Made by a program: the position numbers and the translations under genes | In this document: in pieces, positions 6,955 to 15,111 of the stretch | Layout: each line of letters starts with the position of its first letter | Numbering within the stretch: position 1 is the first letter of the stretch | IMG/VR virus record: IMGVR_UViG_3300020258_000038 | Location: 1 to 25,927 of that record | Direction: 5' to 3' (one strand) | Length of the DNA stretch: 25,927 nt | Source of the DNA: a virus | Taxonomy: Duplodnaviria; Caudoviricetes | The notes under the pieces: generated by a model | Databases searched by the model: none | Told to the model about the DNA's origin: nothing | Seen by the model: only the letters and a program-made list of their open reading frames with translations

Positions 6955-7963
6955 TGTGACCTCCAAACATATATCTCATACCATTTAAAATACGACTACC
7001 AAAATTTCCTAGTCCTCTTGAGTTAAAGCGCTCATACAAAGCAGAACTAATAACAGGGGTGGGAACACCAAGATCAACAGCGCTGCTGACAGTCCACCTA
7101 CCCTCACCAGAATCTGATACTCCTCCAGAGAACTTATCCAGTTTAGGATCACTCCGTAGGACACTCGCAGTAAGATCAAGTAACCAACTGCCAACGACAC
7201 TACCCCTGCGCCATAACTCAGCCACTTCAGCAACATCAATGTCATAGCAATAATTTTCTGGGTCTGCCATGGGAGCAACTTCTGCGTCTCCTTGTCCAAC
7301 ATAATTCTTTCCTAAATCTGCTGAATTAAGGATATTGAATCCCTCAGCGTATGCTTGCATGATGCCATATTCAATTCCATTATGTACCATCTTTACAAAA
7401 TGACCTGCACCTGATTCACCACAATGCAACCAACCATATTCAGCAGACGATGCATGAGTCAATGGATCAGTGCGGGTTGCAGAGGCAATGCCAGGTGCCA
7501 ATGCCCTGAAAATGGGGGCACAGACAGATACTGCTGTATTTGTACCACCAACCATAAGACAATATCCACGCTCAAGACCATACACACCACCAGAAGTGCC
7601 ACAGTCAATATACTGGATGCCCAGTTTGCTAAGTCTTTGTGCCCTTCTCCTTGTATCTTTAAAATTGCTATTGCCATGATCAATAATAATATCACCTTCT
7701 CCACAGTATTGTAGAAGTTCATCAATAGTATCCTCAACGTTTTCTGCTGGTACAACCATCATAAAAATGCCTGGACCATCACGCTTAACTTCCTGACAAA
7801 GATATTCAATTGATGTAGTTACACCATCTACATAACCATTTTCAAATGCTTCCTCTGCCTTTTCATAATTTCTTCTATAACCCCAGACTTGAATCTCATC
7901 TGCCATCATGCGACGAGACATTCCTTCACCCATCCTACCTAAACCAATGAGTCCAACCTTCAT
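6944..7963 (-). CDS. gnd: 6-phosphogluconate dehydrogenase, decarboxylating (short GntZ/YqeC type)
   Basis: GLIGLGRMG Rossmann motif, DHGNS, DCGTSGG, GAGHFVKMVHNGIEYG, DSGEGRWT, MRYMFGGH. Confidence 0.96.
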   Translation of the reverse strand: MKVGLIGLGRMGEGMSRRMMADEIQVWGYRRNYEKAEEAFENGYVDGVTTSIEYLCQEVKRDGPGIFMMVVPAENVEDTIDELLQYCGEGDIIIDHGNSNFKDTRRRAQRLSKLGIQYIDCGTSGGVYGLERGYCLMVGGTNTAVSVCAPIFRALAPGIASATRTDPLTHASSAEYGWLHCGESGAGHFVKMVHNGIEYGIMQAYAEGFNILNSADLGKNYVGQGDAEVAPMADPENYCYDIDVAEVAELWRRGSVVGSWLLDLTASVLRSDPKLDKFSGGVSDSGEGRWTVSSAVDLGVPTPVISSALYERFNSRGLGNFGSRILNGMRYMFGGHNVR

Positions 7964-8199
7964 CTTATCCTCTCAACAATGCTTTTGATAATGTCAATGT
8001 CAATGCCCATGAATGGTGGCACTATTCCTAACAGTCTAAGAAGACCATCAAGAAATAAGGCAAGGACAATAGTTCCTAGAATCATGCTAATAATAGACGC
8101 ATTATGATTGTGTTGCCTGATAGCAGCAGCAATCATAACCTCAACTTCCTCCTTAGAGACAGGGTGGGATGGTTTGATCTCCTCAAATCTATGTGCCAT
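7960..8199 (-). CDS. Small membrane protein
   Basis: AIRQHNHNASIISMILG followed by a TM segment; ATGA-like coupling to gnd. Confidence 0.75.
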   Translation of the reverse strand: MAHRFEEIKPSHPVSKEEVEVMIAAAIRQHNHNASIISMILGTIVLALFLDGLLRLLGIVPPFMGIDIDIIKSIVERIR

Positions 8200-8237
8200 T
8201 AGATTAGTAATTTGTACCTGCTTGACTATATGTATTC

Positions 8238-8265
8238 ATTATACATAAGTCTGTGAATTTGTCTA
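8238..8265 (-). promoter_or_regulatory. Sigma70-type early promoter (TAGACA-16-TATAAT, with TG extension)
   Basis: Minus strand TAGACA aattcacagacttatg TATAAT upstream of the 8199/gnd operon. Confidence 0.55.
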
Positions 8266-8281
8266 TGTGCCTTTCAAGACA

Positions 8282-8707
8282 TCACATCTTGTAAGATTCT
8301 TCTGTACTAATCTTAACAGGTCCTTGTTCAATTCTAATTGTTTGTGCAGGTGCAGTTTGTGCTGCCTTTTCAATTAATCTTTCCATTTGTTCTTTAGTTA
8401 CACCACCACCAGCAGCACCATTAGCACCTTTCTTAGCAGTTTGAACACCAAATGTGGCTAAAACTCCGGTGAAGACACTGGCGATGAAAGTTGGATCTAG
8501 TTTTTGTTCTGGAATACCAAGTGCTGGTGGAAGTTTGATATACGCCAACGTGAGTATTCCCCCAGACCAGATAAGAATACCAAGGCGGACAAAAGTAGAC
8601 AAAATTGCAAGTTGTTCTTCCTTATCATCTGTTGCCTCCTTTAATTTAGAAAATATACCTTTCTTTTTTGTTCCCTCTTCCTTAACATCCTTTACTTCAT
8701 CTGGCAT
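8282..8707 (-). CDS. Two-TM hypothetical membrane protein
   Basis: VRLGILIWSGGILTLAY and DPTFIASVFTGVLATFGV helices; late promoter upstream. Confidence 0.8.
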   Translation of the reverse strand: MPDEVKDVKEEGTKKKGIFSKLKEATDDKEEQLAILSTFVRLGILIWSGGILTLAYIKLPPALGIPEQKLDPTFIASVFTGVLATFGVQTAKKGANGAAGGGVTKEQMERLIEKAAQTAPAQTIRIEQGPVKISTEESYKM

Positions 8708-8727
8708 TTTAAGAAAGCAGCTAATAA

Positions 8728-8734
8728 TATTTAG
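8728..8734 (-). promoter_or_regulatory. T4-like late promoter CTAAATA
   Basis: CTAAATA 21 nt upstream of ATG 8707, directly after a terminator. Confidence 0.55.
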
Positions 8735-8760
8735 AAAAAAAGGGACCTAATTAGGTCCCT
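8735..8760 (-). terminator. Rho-independent terminator
   Basis: Perfect 20-bp palindrome AGGGACCTAATTAGGTCCCT followed by a T-run on the minus strand. Confidence 0.8.
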
Positions 8761-8897
8761 GATCCTTGAAATGCTGGTGTCATTAATCCACCATCTGATC
8801 CATCATCATCTTCATCTTTGCTAGCAAGAGCAAGCATAAGGAAGTATGGTGTGATGATAAACACCAATGTTTGTAACAGTGTCCAGTCGTAAGTCAT
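8751..8897 (-). CDS. Membrane microprotein with Asp-rich DDDGSDGGLMTP tail (48 aa)
   Basis: MTYDWTLLQTLVFIITPYFLMLALASKDEDDDGSDGGLMTPAFQGSGT; ATGA overlap. Confidence 0.7.
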   Translation of the reverse strand: MTYDWTLLQTLVFIITPYFLMLALASKDEDDDGSDGGLMTPAFQGSGT

Positions 8898-8959
8898 GAG
8901 TCTCTAACTGCTGCACCAATAGGAATAAGCAACAGCAATGCTACTGCTATGAATCCCAT
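8894..8959 (-). CDS. Hydrophobic micropeptide (21 aa)
   Basis: MGFIAVALLLLIPIGAAVRDS; coupled to hli (TGATG) and to the next gene (ATGA). Confidence 0.5.
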   Translation of the reverse strand: MGFIAVALLLLIPIGAAVRDS

Positions 8960-9066
8960 CACCAGATACCAGGAATGATTTGACCTGATACTGCATATGA
9001 TCCCATTGCTGCAACTACACCAAGCATAGCTGCCCAACCATTAATGCGTTCTGCTTTTTCGTTCAT
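8959..9066 (-). CDS. hli: High-light-inducible protein (35 aa)
   Basis: MNEKAERINGWAAMLGVVAAMGSYAVSGQIIPGIW: AExxNGxxAMxG motif and GQIIPG tail. Absent from the ORF track. Confidence 0.95.
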   Translation of the reverse strand: MNEKAERINGWAAMLGVVAAMGSYAVSGQIIPGIW

Positions 9067-9071
9067 TGTTT

Positions 9072-9347
9072 TTACCCTTGAATAGATGTTTTTAAAAGTG
9101 CTTTTGAATAGTCTAGTTTTGAACTTGGTGTATTTTCATAGGTAGAGGAATCACCATATGTTTTGTGATCACTATACCCAACCATTGCTCCTTTGGTGCG
9201 TTGTAGTGCAGGCATAAAAGCAATGAAGAAGAATACCCCAGGTGCTCCAATAATAAGTGCTGCTCCAAAGATGTATCCTGCAAGGAATTCAGCAATGGTG
9301 TGATTAGCAGCCCAGGCAAACTCAGTTTGCGTCAAGAGTTCAATCAT
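9072..9347 (-). CDS. Hypothetical membrane protein between hli genes
   Basis: 91 aa with a long hydrophobic segment. Confidence 0.75.
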   Translation of the reverse strand: MIELLTQTEFAWAANHTIAEFLAGYIFGAALIIGAPGVFFFIAFMPALQRTKGAMVGYSDHKTYGDSSTYENTPSSKLDYSKALLKTSIQG

Positions 9348-9365
9348 TAGATAAGTGCTGTATCC

Positions 9366-9575
9366 TCAAAGAATACCAAAGAAAAAGTTGCCAGTCAAGG
9401 CATATGAGGCAATGCCACAAATAAAACCGACCATTGCAGTACGACCATTCAGTTTTTCTGCCTTCTCAGCATGGGTTTCATATCCATAGCGCTCAGCAGC
9501 GGTTTGGTCAATATACATGCGTGGTTCCTTGGCCCACAGATTTTGTTGTCCAAGGTCATTTGATGTTACAGTCAT
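9366..9575 (-). CDS. hli: High-light-inducible protein
   Basis: GQQNLWAKEPRMY N-terminal motif and AEKLNGRTAMVGF...YALTG core. Confidence 0.93.
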   Translation of the reverse strand: MTVTSNDLGQQNLWAKEPRMYIDQTAAERYGYETHAEKAEKLNGRTAMVGFICGIASYALTGNFFFGIL

Positions 9576-9601
9576 TTACCTAATGTAATGATTCTTTACA
9601 T

Positions 9602-9630
9602 ACTATATATCATTTCTAAAGTTTTGTCAA
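9602..9630 (-). promoter_or_regulatory. Sigma70-type early promoter for the hli cluster
   Basis: TTGACA (9625-9630), 17-nt spacer, TATAGT (9602-9607). Confidence 0.75.
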
Positions 9631-9649
9631 GACATATTTTCTTAAGATT

Positions 9650-9829
9650 TCAATCTGAGGACATGGACTTACAAGTATCAGGGTTTTGTCTACAGTATTG
9701 CTTGACATACCCATGCACATCTACCTCTATGGCATGATGAGTATGTTCATGAAGCACTCCAATAAAAACTAAAATACCCACTAACATCAAATTGATATGG
9801 GTAACTGGGGAAAGCAGAATTTTTTTCAT
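9650..9829 (-). CDS. Small membrane protein with His-rich and Cys-pair motif (59 aa)
   Basis: MKKILLSPVTHINLMLVGILVFIGVLHEHTHHAIEVDVHGYVKQYCRQNPDTCKSMSSD. Confidence 0.65.
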   Translation of the reverse strand: MKKILLSPVTHINLMLVGILVFIGVLHEHTHHAIEVDVHGYVKQYCRQNPDTCKSMSSD

Positions 9830-9854
9830 AAAAAAAGGGGTGCCGTCGCACCCC
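9830..9854 (-). terminator. Rho-independent terminator
   Basis: GGGGTGC-gacg-GCACCCC stem followed by a T7 run on the minus strand, downstream of the 9888 gene. Confidence 0.85.
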
Positions 9855-9887
9855 AGTATAGCATCTAGATATTGATTTTCTATCAGA

Positions 9888-10256
9888 TCAGAAGTTGTAC
9901 TTCACACCCAGTTTGCCACCCAGACCAAAGTCATCTTCATCATCAGCAGTCAGGAAGGAAACTTCACCATATACTCCCAGGTTATCACTAACAGGCAGTC
10001 CAAGACCAGCCTTGCCAGAGAATTGGGTATCAGACTCTTCGCCATCAACTGCTACAATCGCAGGACCTGCCTGGACATAGTATGAAGCAGAATCACCCAG
10101 ATTGCCTTCATAACCTACGTGAAGGTCAGTGGTGGCACCAGAATAATCATCACCTACCCAACCTGCATTGGTTTCTACGTTAACGTAGGGTCCTGCAATA
10201 GCAGCACCAGCAAACAGGGGAGCAGCAGCAATTGTAGCGAGAACAGATTTGATCAT
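9888..10256 (-). CDS. Small outer-membrane beta-barrel-like protein
   Basis: Signal peptide, alternating amphipathic strands (YVNVE, LHVGYEG, YYVQAGP, GVYGEVSF) and C-terminal GVKYNF resembling a BAM beta-signal. Confidence 0.75.
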   Translation of the reverse strand: MIKSVLATIAAAPLFAGAAIAGPYVNVETNAGWVGDDYSGATTDLHVGYEGNLGDSASYYVQAGPAIVAVDGEESDTQFSGKAGLGLPVSDNLGVYGEVSFLTADDEDDFGLGGKLGVKYNF

Positions 10257-10373
10257 TAGAATTTACCTCGTAATTTTTACTTGTGGAATGGTTACCCACA
10301 GATGAAAAGAACCTCGACAAGGTTCTGTTTGTATCCTTTTATTACTTTAATTACTGAAAGACAAAAGGTTAAG

Positions 10374-10407
10374 TATTTATACTAGCAGAATTATGGAGGT
10401 CTGTCAA
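10374..10407 (-). promoter_or_regulatory. Overlapping early (TTGACA-17-TAGTAT) and late (TATAAATA) promoters
   Basis: TTGACA 10402-10407, TAGTAT 10379-10384, exact T4 late consensus TATAAATA 10374-10381. Confidence 0.7.
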
Positions 10408-10420
10408 GTGTGTTGGGTAA

Positions 10421-11212
10421 TCACCCCTTATTACCTGAAGACTCTGCGACTCTACCCAGATATGGGTCATAGTCCATAATCTCCTGGATGGACTGCTGAG
10501 CACCAGTCTGTGCCCAGTAGTTCATTTGAGCATCATAGTTCCCTTTGTGGAATGCGTCAATGTGCTCAGGGTGGATACTGGAACCCAGTTCAATGCGATA
10601 AAGAAGAAGAGGAACAGCATAGGTGTTGCCTGAATTATAGATAAGATCATCTGCTACTGGCCTTGGTCTGACTCCATTATCTAGTTTAAACTTGTCACCT
10701 CTGCAATGCAGATTGATAAGTTTCTTCGCATGATGTCTAGTAATCAGATAGCAAGCAGTAGAAAATTCATTCACAAATCTCTTGTGGATTTTAGTAAAGA
10801 TATCTCCTGTACTGATAATAGCAATCTGAACGACATCCCAATCATAGGGCAATTTTGCTGTGACGTCTTTCCATGTAAAGTTCCAATACTTTACTGTGTC
10901 CAAACAACAATCATCTTCCATCATAATTGCATATGGTTCATCTGTCTCCTCATAAAACTTTTTAATAGCTTTAAGGTGTGAAGTGGTACAACCAACTTCA
11001 CCAGGAGTCATGAAATCAGGATATCTTCCTTTAAGAATATGTCCTAAGTCATCATCTCTACCATCAAAGGCAGAGATTCTTTCATAGTTATTGATTTCCC
11101 AATACTTATACTGGTCCTGCATGTATTGCCATCTTTCTGGTTGTCCATCAAGATTGATGCAATAAATGGGAGCAGTGCCTTGCAATTTGTATGCTGCTTT
11201 ATTTTTATCCAT
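10421..11212 (-). CDS. Glycosyltransferase family 25
   Basis: YCINLD...R, SAFDG, GEVGCTTSH, IMMEDD and STACYLIT motifs; likely start MDKNK at 11212. Confidence 0.85.
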   Translation of the reverse strand: MDKNKAAYKLQGTAPIYCINLDGQPERWQYMQDQYKYWEINNYERISAFDGRDDDLGHILKGRYPDFMTPGEVGCTTSHLKAIKKFYEETDEPYAIMMEDDCCLDTVKYWNFTWKDVTAKLPYDWDVVQIAIISTGDIFTKIHKRFVNEFSTACYLITRHHAKKLINLHCRGDKFKLDNGVRPRPVADDLIYNSGNTYAVPLLLYRIELGSSIHPEHIDAFHKGNYDAQMNYWAQTGAQQSIQEIMDYDPYLGRVAESSGNKG

Positions 11213-11907
11213 CAGTAAACTTTCTCCCATTCAAATCTAATAAAGTCAGTTGACCACTTACCAGTTCTCTTTCTCTCTTCAAAAAGATTTCTATTTGGAT
11301 GATTGAACTTTTCATTATCAATCACCTCTGCCTCATCAATATAATCAAGAGGGAGTTGAGTAATCATGATGTTAATTTTACCTTGTGATCTCCACCAGAA
11401 TGATGGATCAGTATATCCATACTGTCCCACAAGATCTTCTTCACACCCACCAATGTTCCAATAGTCTTCTTTACGAATAATACAGATGGCAGGATGAGGA
11501 TCACCATGCTTAGGGTGATTTGGATTTTTAGTTCTGCGTGTGAATTTGTATGCATTATGTCCACCAAGATTTGCAAGTTGCAGCATACCCTCAGCAGTCT
11601 CCTGTGGGACAAAACAATCCATATCCAGGATCATCATCCATTCAGTCTCACACTCCTGTGCAGAGAGGTTTCTAACCCCTGCTATGTTCCATTTAATATC
11701 TTCCTTGACCCTTAGGATAGAAAGATCAAGTTCAGAAAGATCTTCATCTTTAAGAACTTCTGTAGCAGGAACTTTACTGCCATCATCAATGATACAGAAA
11801 GAATATTGGTCTCTTATTTCTTTCCTCCATGCTTTCCAAGATTCAACTTGTTCAATCAGAATATCACTCTGATTGTAAAATGAAAGGTTAATAGTAATTT
11901 TTTTCAT
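11212..11907 (-). CDS. GT-A glycosyltransferase (GT2 / GT7 C-terminal-like)
   Basis: IIDDGS, WNIAGVRNL, LDMD (DxD) and WNIGGCEEDLVGQYGYTD. Confidence 0.8.
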   Translation of the reverse strand: MKKITINLSFYNQSDILIEQVESWKAWRKEIRDQYSFCIIDDGSKVPATEVLKDEDLSELDLSILRVKEDIKWNIAGVRNLSAQECETEWMMILDMDCFVPQETAEGMLQLANLGGHNAYKFTRRTKNPNHPKHGDPHPAICIIRKEDYWNIGGCEEDLVGQYGYTDPSFWWRSQGKINIMITQLPLDYIDEAEVIDNEKFNHPNRNLFEERKRTGKWSTDFIRFEWEKVY

Positions 11908-12791
11908 TTTAAATTTTTCTTAATCCAATCAACAACTTTAATACTCCACTTCCACCCAAGAGTTTCTTGAACCTTATCAATATTTGCTCTGGAGTGCATG
12001 ACCTCACCCTGTCTAGCAGGAATTTTAATTTGATAATCAGAAACTAAATCAGCAATAGTTTGGATTTCAGTGCCTTCACCAGTTCCAACATTGAAAACTT
12101 CACCATAAGTTTCAAGTTCTCTTTGGGAAGCAAGAATGTTGGCATATACCACATCAGATACATGAACAAAGTCTCTTGTTTGATATCCAGGTTCTACGAT
12201 TGTGAGTGGCTCTTTGTTTTCTTTCTGTCTCTTGAAGATAGACATAACAGGAGCGTATTGTCCTGACTGATGTTGTCCCTCACCATATACATTAAAGTAT
12301 CTGAAGACAACTGTCTTAAGACCATAAAGTTTATAGTACATTTTAAACAACATTTCACCAGAATACTTTGAGATTGAATAAGTATTCAGGCAATCAACAG
12401 AGTTTGTTTCATAATTGGGATTGAACATTGTATTGCCATACACAGCACATGTGGATGAGAACACAGCCCTATCTACATTATGAATTCTACAACACTCCAA
12501 TACATTCATAGTTGACAACATATTGTTTGCCATACTCTCATTGGGTTTCTCAACACAATATGAGATAGCAACCTCTGCTGCCATGTGAAATACATTGTTC
12601 ACACTATCAAAAAGATGAACATACTTTGTGTAGTTTTCAATCAAGTCAACAAGATAATATGTTGCTTTAGGATTTGGATTATGGTGATGAACTCTATCCA
12701 ACACAATAACTTCATGTCCTAAGTCAACTAATCTATTAACAAGATGAGTTCCAATAAATCCACATCCACCAGTTACAATACTTCTAATCAT
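11904..12791 (-). CDS. NAD-dependent nucleotide-sugar epimerase/dehydratase (extended SDR, GalE/WcaG-like)
   Basis: TGGCGFIG, SSTCAVYG, YSISK (YxxxK), RYFNVYG, QTRDFVHV. Confidence 0.92.
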   Translation of the reverse strand: MIRSIVTGGCGFIGTHLVNRLVDLGHEVIVLDRVHHHNPNPKATYYLVDLIENYTKYVHLFDSVNNVFHMAAEVAISYCVEKPNESMANNMLSTMNVLECCRIHNVDRAVFSSTCAVYGNTMFNPNYETNSVDCLNTYSISKYSGEMLFKMYYKLYGLKTVVFRYFNVYGEGQHQSGQYAPVMSIFKRQKENKEPLTIVEPGYQTRDFVHVSDVVYANILASQRELETYGEVFNVGTGEGTEIQTIADLVSDYQIKIPARQGEVMHSRANIDKVQETLGWKWSIKVVDWIKKNLK

Positions 12792-13771
12792 AATTCATAG
12801 TTATCTGTTGACATTGAAAGACATTCAACTGGAGAAACCATCTTATTAAATTTCATATTACAATTGTCCCACATTTGTTTATATGTGACATTGTGCCAAC
12901 AAGATTCCCAGACCAGTGGAAGAACCACACCTTCTTCAAAATATCCACTGTGTAGTGCTATGATATTTGTCTTATGACAATCATACAGGGGAAGAGGGAA
13001 TGTCTTGATATTATATATCTTGAACATCAGAGACAGTATAGACTGATCATTCTGATGTTTGATGAAATGAACACTCTCTTTACCAGTTGATGGAGAATAG
13101 TCCATCAATCTAATTATACTCCATGTGTCAAATAATTCTTGGAAAAACTTAACTGTATAATCATTCTTTTTCACTAAGAAGATACCACCATATGCTTGAT
13201 TGGTGTCCCAATATAGTGAATCAGTAATGTTGAAGTGTTCATACAAATCATTCTTAGTGAACAGTCTTTCTAACCAGAACTCACTATGAAATCCTACTAT
13301 TCCTTTCTCTGAATTGTTGGCAAGATTATAAAGATTCTCTACACCATCTTCTTTTAAATCTTTTATATCACTATCAATCCAAAAGATGACATCACCATCA
13401 TCACACTCCTGAAGACCTTTATGCATCAAGTATGCCTTTGCTGCCCAAGGAAAGATGCGATTGTCATCAAACAATGATTGATGTTGTTTGATATAGTCTG
13501 GATCAACATCAGATAGATTGAATACTTTTACTTCATCAATGATAGGATACTTCTCAATCTTCTCCTTGAATGCTTTCATATTAACTTCTCTTTCCCTATG
13601 CCTATCAGCAAAGGTAAAGACTTTATATTTACCTTCCTTTACTGATGGTCTCATCTCATTACCACCAGAGAGAATTTTATCCCTATTTTCAGGGTTTCTA
13701 TAGTAGTAATTTGTAGTTACATCAAAAAAGTATGGGAGATATTTTTTTACAGATTCAAAAGATTTTGACAT
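12788..13771 (-). CDS. Putative GT-A nucleotide-diphospho-sugar transferase
   Basis: WAAKAYL, FWIDSD (DxD), GGIFLVKK and HQNDQSILSL, motifs typical of DxD...DQ glycosyltransferases; sits within the glyco island. Confidence 0.6.
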   Translation of the reverse strand: MSKSFESVKKYLPYFFDVTTNYYYRNPENRDKILSGGNEMRPSVKEGKYKVFTFADRHREREVNMKAFKEKIEKYPIIDEVKVFNLSDVDPDYIKQHQSLFDDNRIFPWAAKAYLMHKGLQECDDGDVIFWIDSDIKDLKEDGVENLYNLANNSEKGIVGFHSEFWLERLFTKNDLYEHFNITDSLYWDTNQAYGGIFLVKKNDYTVKFFQELFDTWSIIRLMDYSPSTGKESVHFIKHQNDQSILSLMFKIYNIKTFPLPLYDCHKTNIIALHSGYFEEGVVLPLVWESCWHNVTYKQMWDNCNMKFNKMVSPVECLSMSTDNYEL

Positions 13772-14426
13772 TTTCTATATCAGGATTATAAGATGATAAG
13801 GTGTATATTGAGAATTCTACTTTGTTATAGAATTTAAATAATCGTGTGTAATCGTCCTTGATTGACTGACATTGCTTCTTTTCAACCTCATAGTCATGTT
13901 TCTGTGGGACCAAATATTCTTTTTCATAAAAATCAAGACCAAAGATATTTACCTTGTCTGCATTATAGTAGTTGATGGCAAGCATAATACCCCATGCTAG
14001 AGAACCTCTAACACATCCATGTGGCCATACACCTGGATAACTATCCCCCTGCTTGAGTTTACCACTCAGATGAGCATATTTGTAGTCCTCTACACACTCT
14101 GAAGGGAAGCAACTAAAATTACCTTGAGCAGGACAATCTCTATCTGTACCAGAACCAGGAGGAAAGACTGTATTATATTTGTTCTTAACATTATGGTCTG
14201 TCTCAATACCTCTAATTAAAGATGACAAATCTCCAATGCAAGGTGTACAAATAAGTGTAAGATCTTTTCCAGTAATGAACTTAGAAACTTCAGGCACTTT
14301 GTAATATTCGCATGGGTTTCTAGGCGATTGCCACCACTCATTAATCAAAATTACATCAGTACAATCAGATTCAAATTTATCAAGTTTTTTGAGAGATTCA
14401 CCTCTTCCCAAAATAGTAACTTCCAT
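13755..14426 (-). CDS. Putative sialyltransferase-like glycosyltransferase (GT42/GT29-like fold)
   Basis: N-terminal ILGRGESL and C-terminal GSLAWGIMLAI...ADKVNIFGLDFY resemble the IxGNGPSL and TSG..AI.LG..IYL.GIDFY motifs of Cst-type sialyltransferases; adjacent to neuA/neuB. Confidence 0.55.
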   Translation of the reverse strand: MEVTILGRGESLKKLDKFESDCTDVILINEWWQSPRNPCEYYKVPEVSKFITGKDLTLICTPCIGDLSSLIRGIETDHNVKNKYNTVFPPGSGTDRDCPAQGNFSCFPSECVEDYKYAHLSGKLKQGDSYPGVWPHGCVRGSLAWGIMLAINYYNADKVNIFGLDFYEKEYLVPQKHDYEVEKKQCQSIKDDYTRLFKFYNKVEFSIYTLSSYNPDIENVKIF

Positions 14427-14783
14427 CTATCCTCCAAAAATTAATCTATGTGAGTCATCATCAAAATGCTGAGTAGAAAATTCAAACAACTCAGTATCCT
14501 CTAAAGCAATGAGTCTATGTCTTGTGCCTCTTGGCAAATCAACCTTATCACCACGTGACAAAATTATACTCTCTGAGTCCTCAATAGAATCTCCTTGAGA
14601 GTATAATAATTTAATTGATCCTGATTGTATGTAAAAGGTTTCTCTTTTTAATTTGTGAAAATGCCATGAGGACATTTTACCTTTAATAATAAAAAGCAAC
14701 TTACCACAATATTCTTCATTGTTAGCAATCCACTTTTCATACCCCCATACTTTTGGAACAAACTTAACTAAAGAAGTGTCCAT
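14427..14783 (-). CDS. Cupin sugar-phosphate isomerase (mannose-6-phosphate isomerase-like)
   Basis: PKVWGYE, SWHFHKLKRETFY and PRGTRHRL cupin metal motifs. Confidence 0.75.
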   Translation of the reverse strand: MDTSLVKFVPKVWGYEKWIANNEEYCGKLLFIIKGKMSSWHFHKLKRETFYIQSGSIKLLYSQGDSIEDSESIILSRGDKVDLPRGTRHRLIALEDTELFEFSTQHFDDDSHRLIFGG

Positions 14784-15111
14784 CAGTTACAGCTCTGTCA
14801 TCTACGTAGTAATCAGCATTAGGTTTGCCAAGTCTTAGTTCTTGATACTTACATCCCCAACCTTTCAATTGGTTTTCTGTAAAGTTGAACATATTATTAT
14901 ATTCAACATCAATATCAGAACTACTAACACCAAAACTGGGATCCCATTTACTGGCACCCCTAGCAGTCATGTATATTATGTAGTGACCTTCATCAAACAG
15001 TTTATTGACCTGAATGATTCTATGTACCATAGGTTCAGCTTGTTCATACTTTCCCCAAGTATTGGTGCATATGGTGCCATCAATATCAAAGCAATAGATT
15101 TTTCTATCCAT
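14764..15111 (-). CDS. Capless HAD-superfamily phosphatase (EcbF/BcbF-like)
   Basis: Motif I CFDIDGT, motif II TARG, motifs III/IV GKPNADYYVDDRA. Confidence 0.82.
   Translation of the reverse strand: MDRKIYCFDIDGTICTNTWGKYEQAEPMVHRIIQVNKLFDEGHYIIYMTARGASKWDPSFGVSSSDIDVEYNNMFNFTENQLKGWGCKYQELRLGKPNADYYVDDRAVTDGHFFS

Noticed and set aside
7009-7755. Short ORFs overlapping gnd on both strands
   Set aside because: Alternate-frame or antisense shadows of a clearly conserved gene.
8229-8247. TATGTAT-N5-ATACATA palindrome as an NtcA box
   Set aside because: GTA-TAC spacing is 7, not 8, and the AT-rich context makes a chance match likely.
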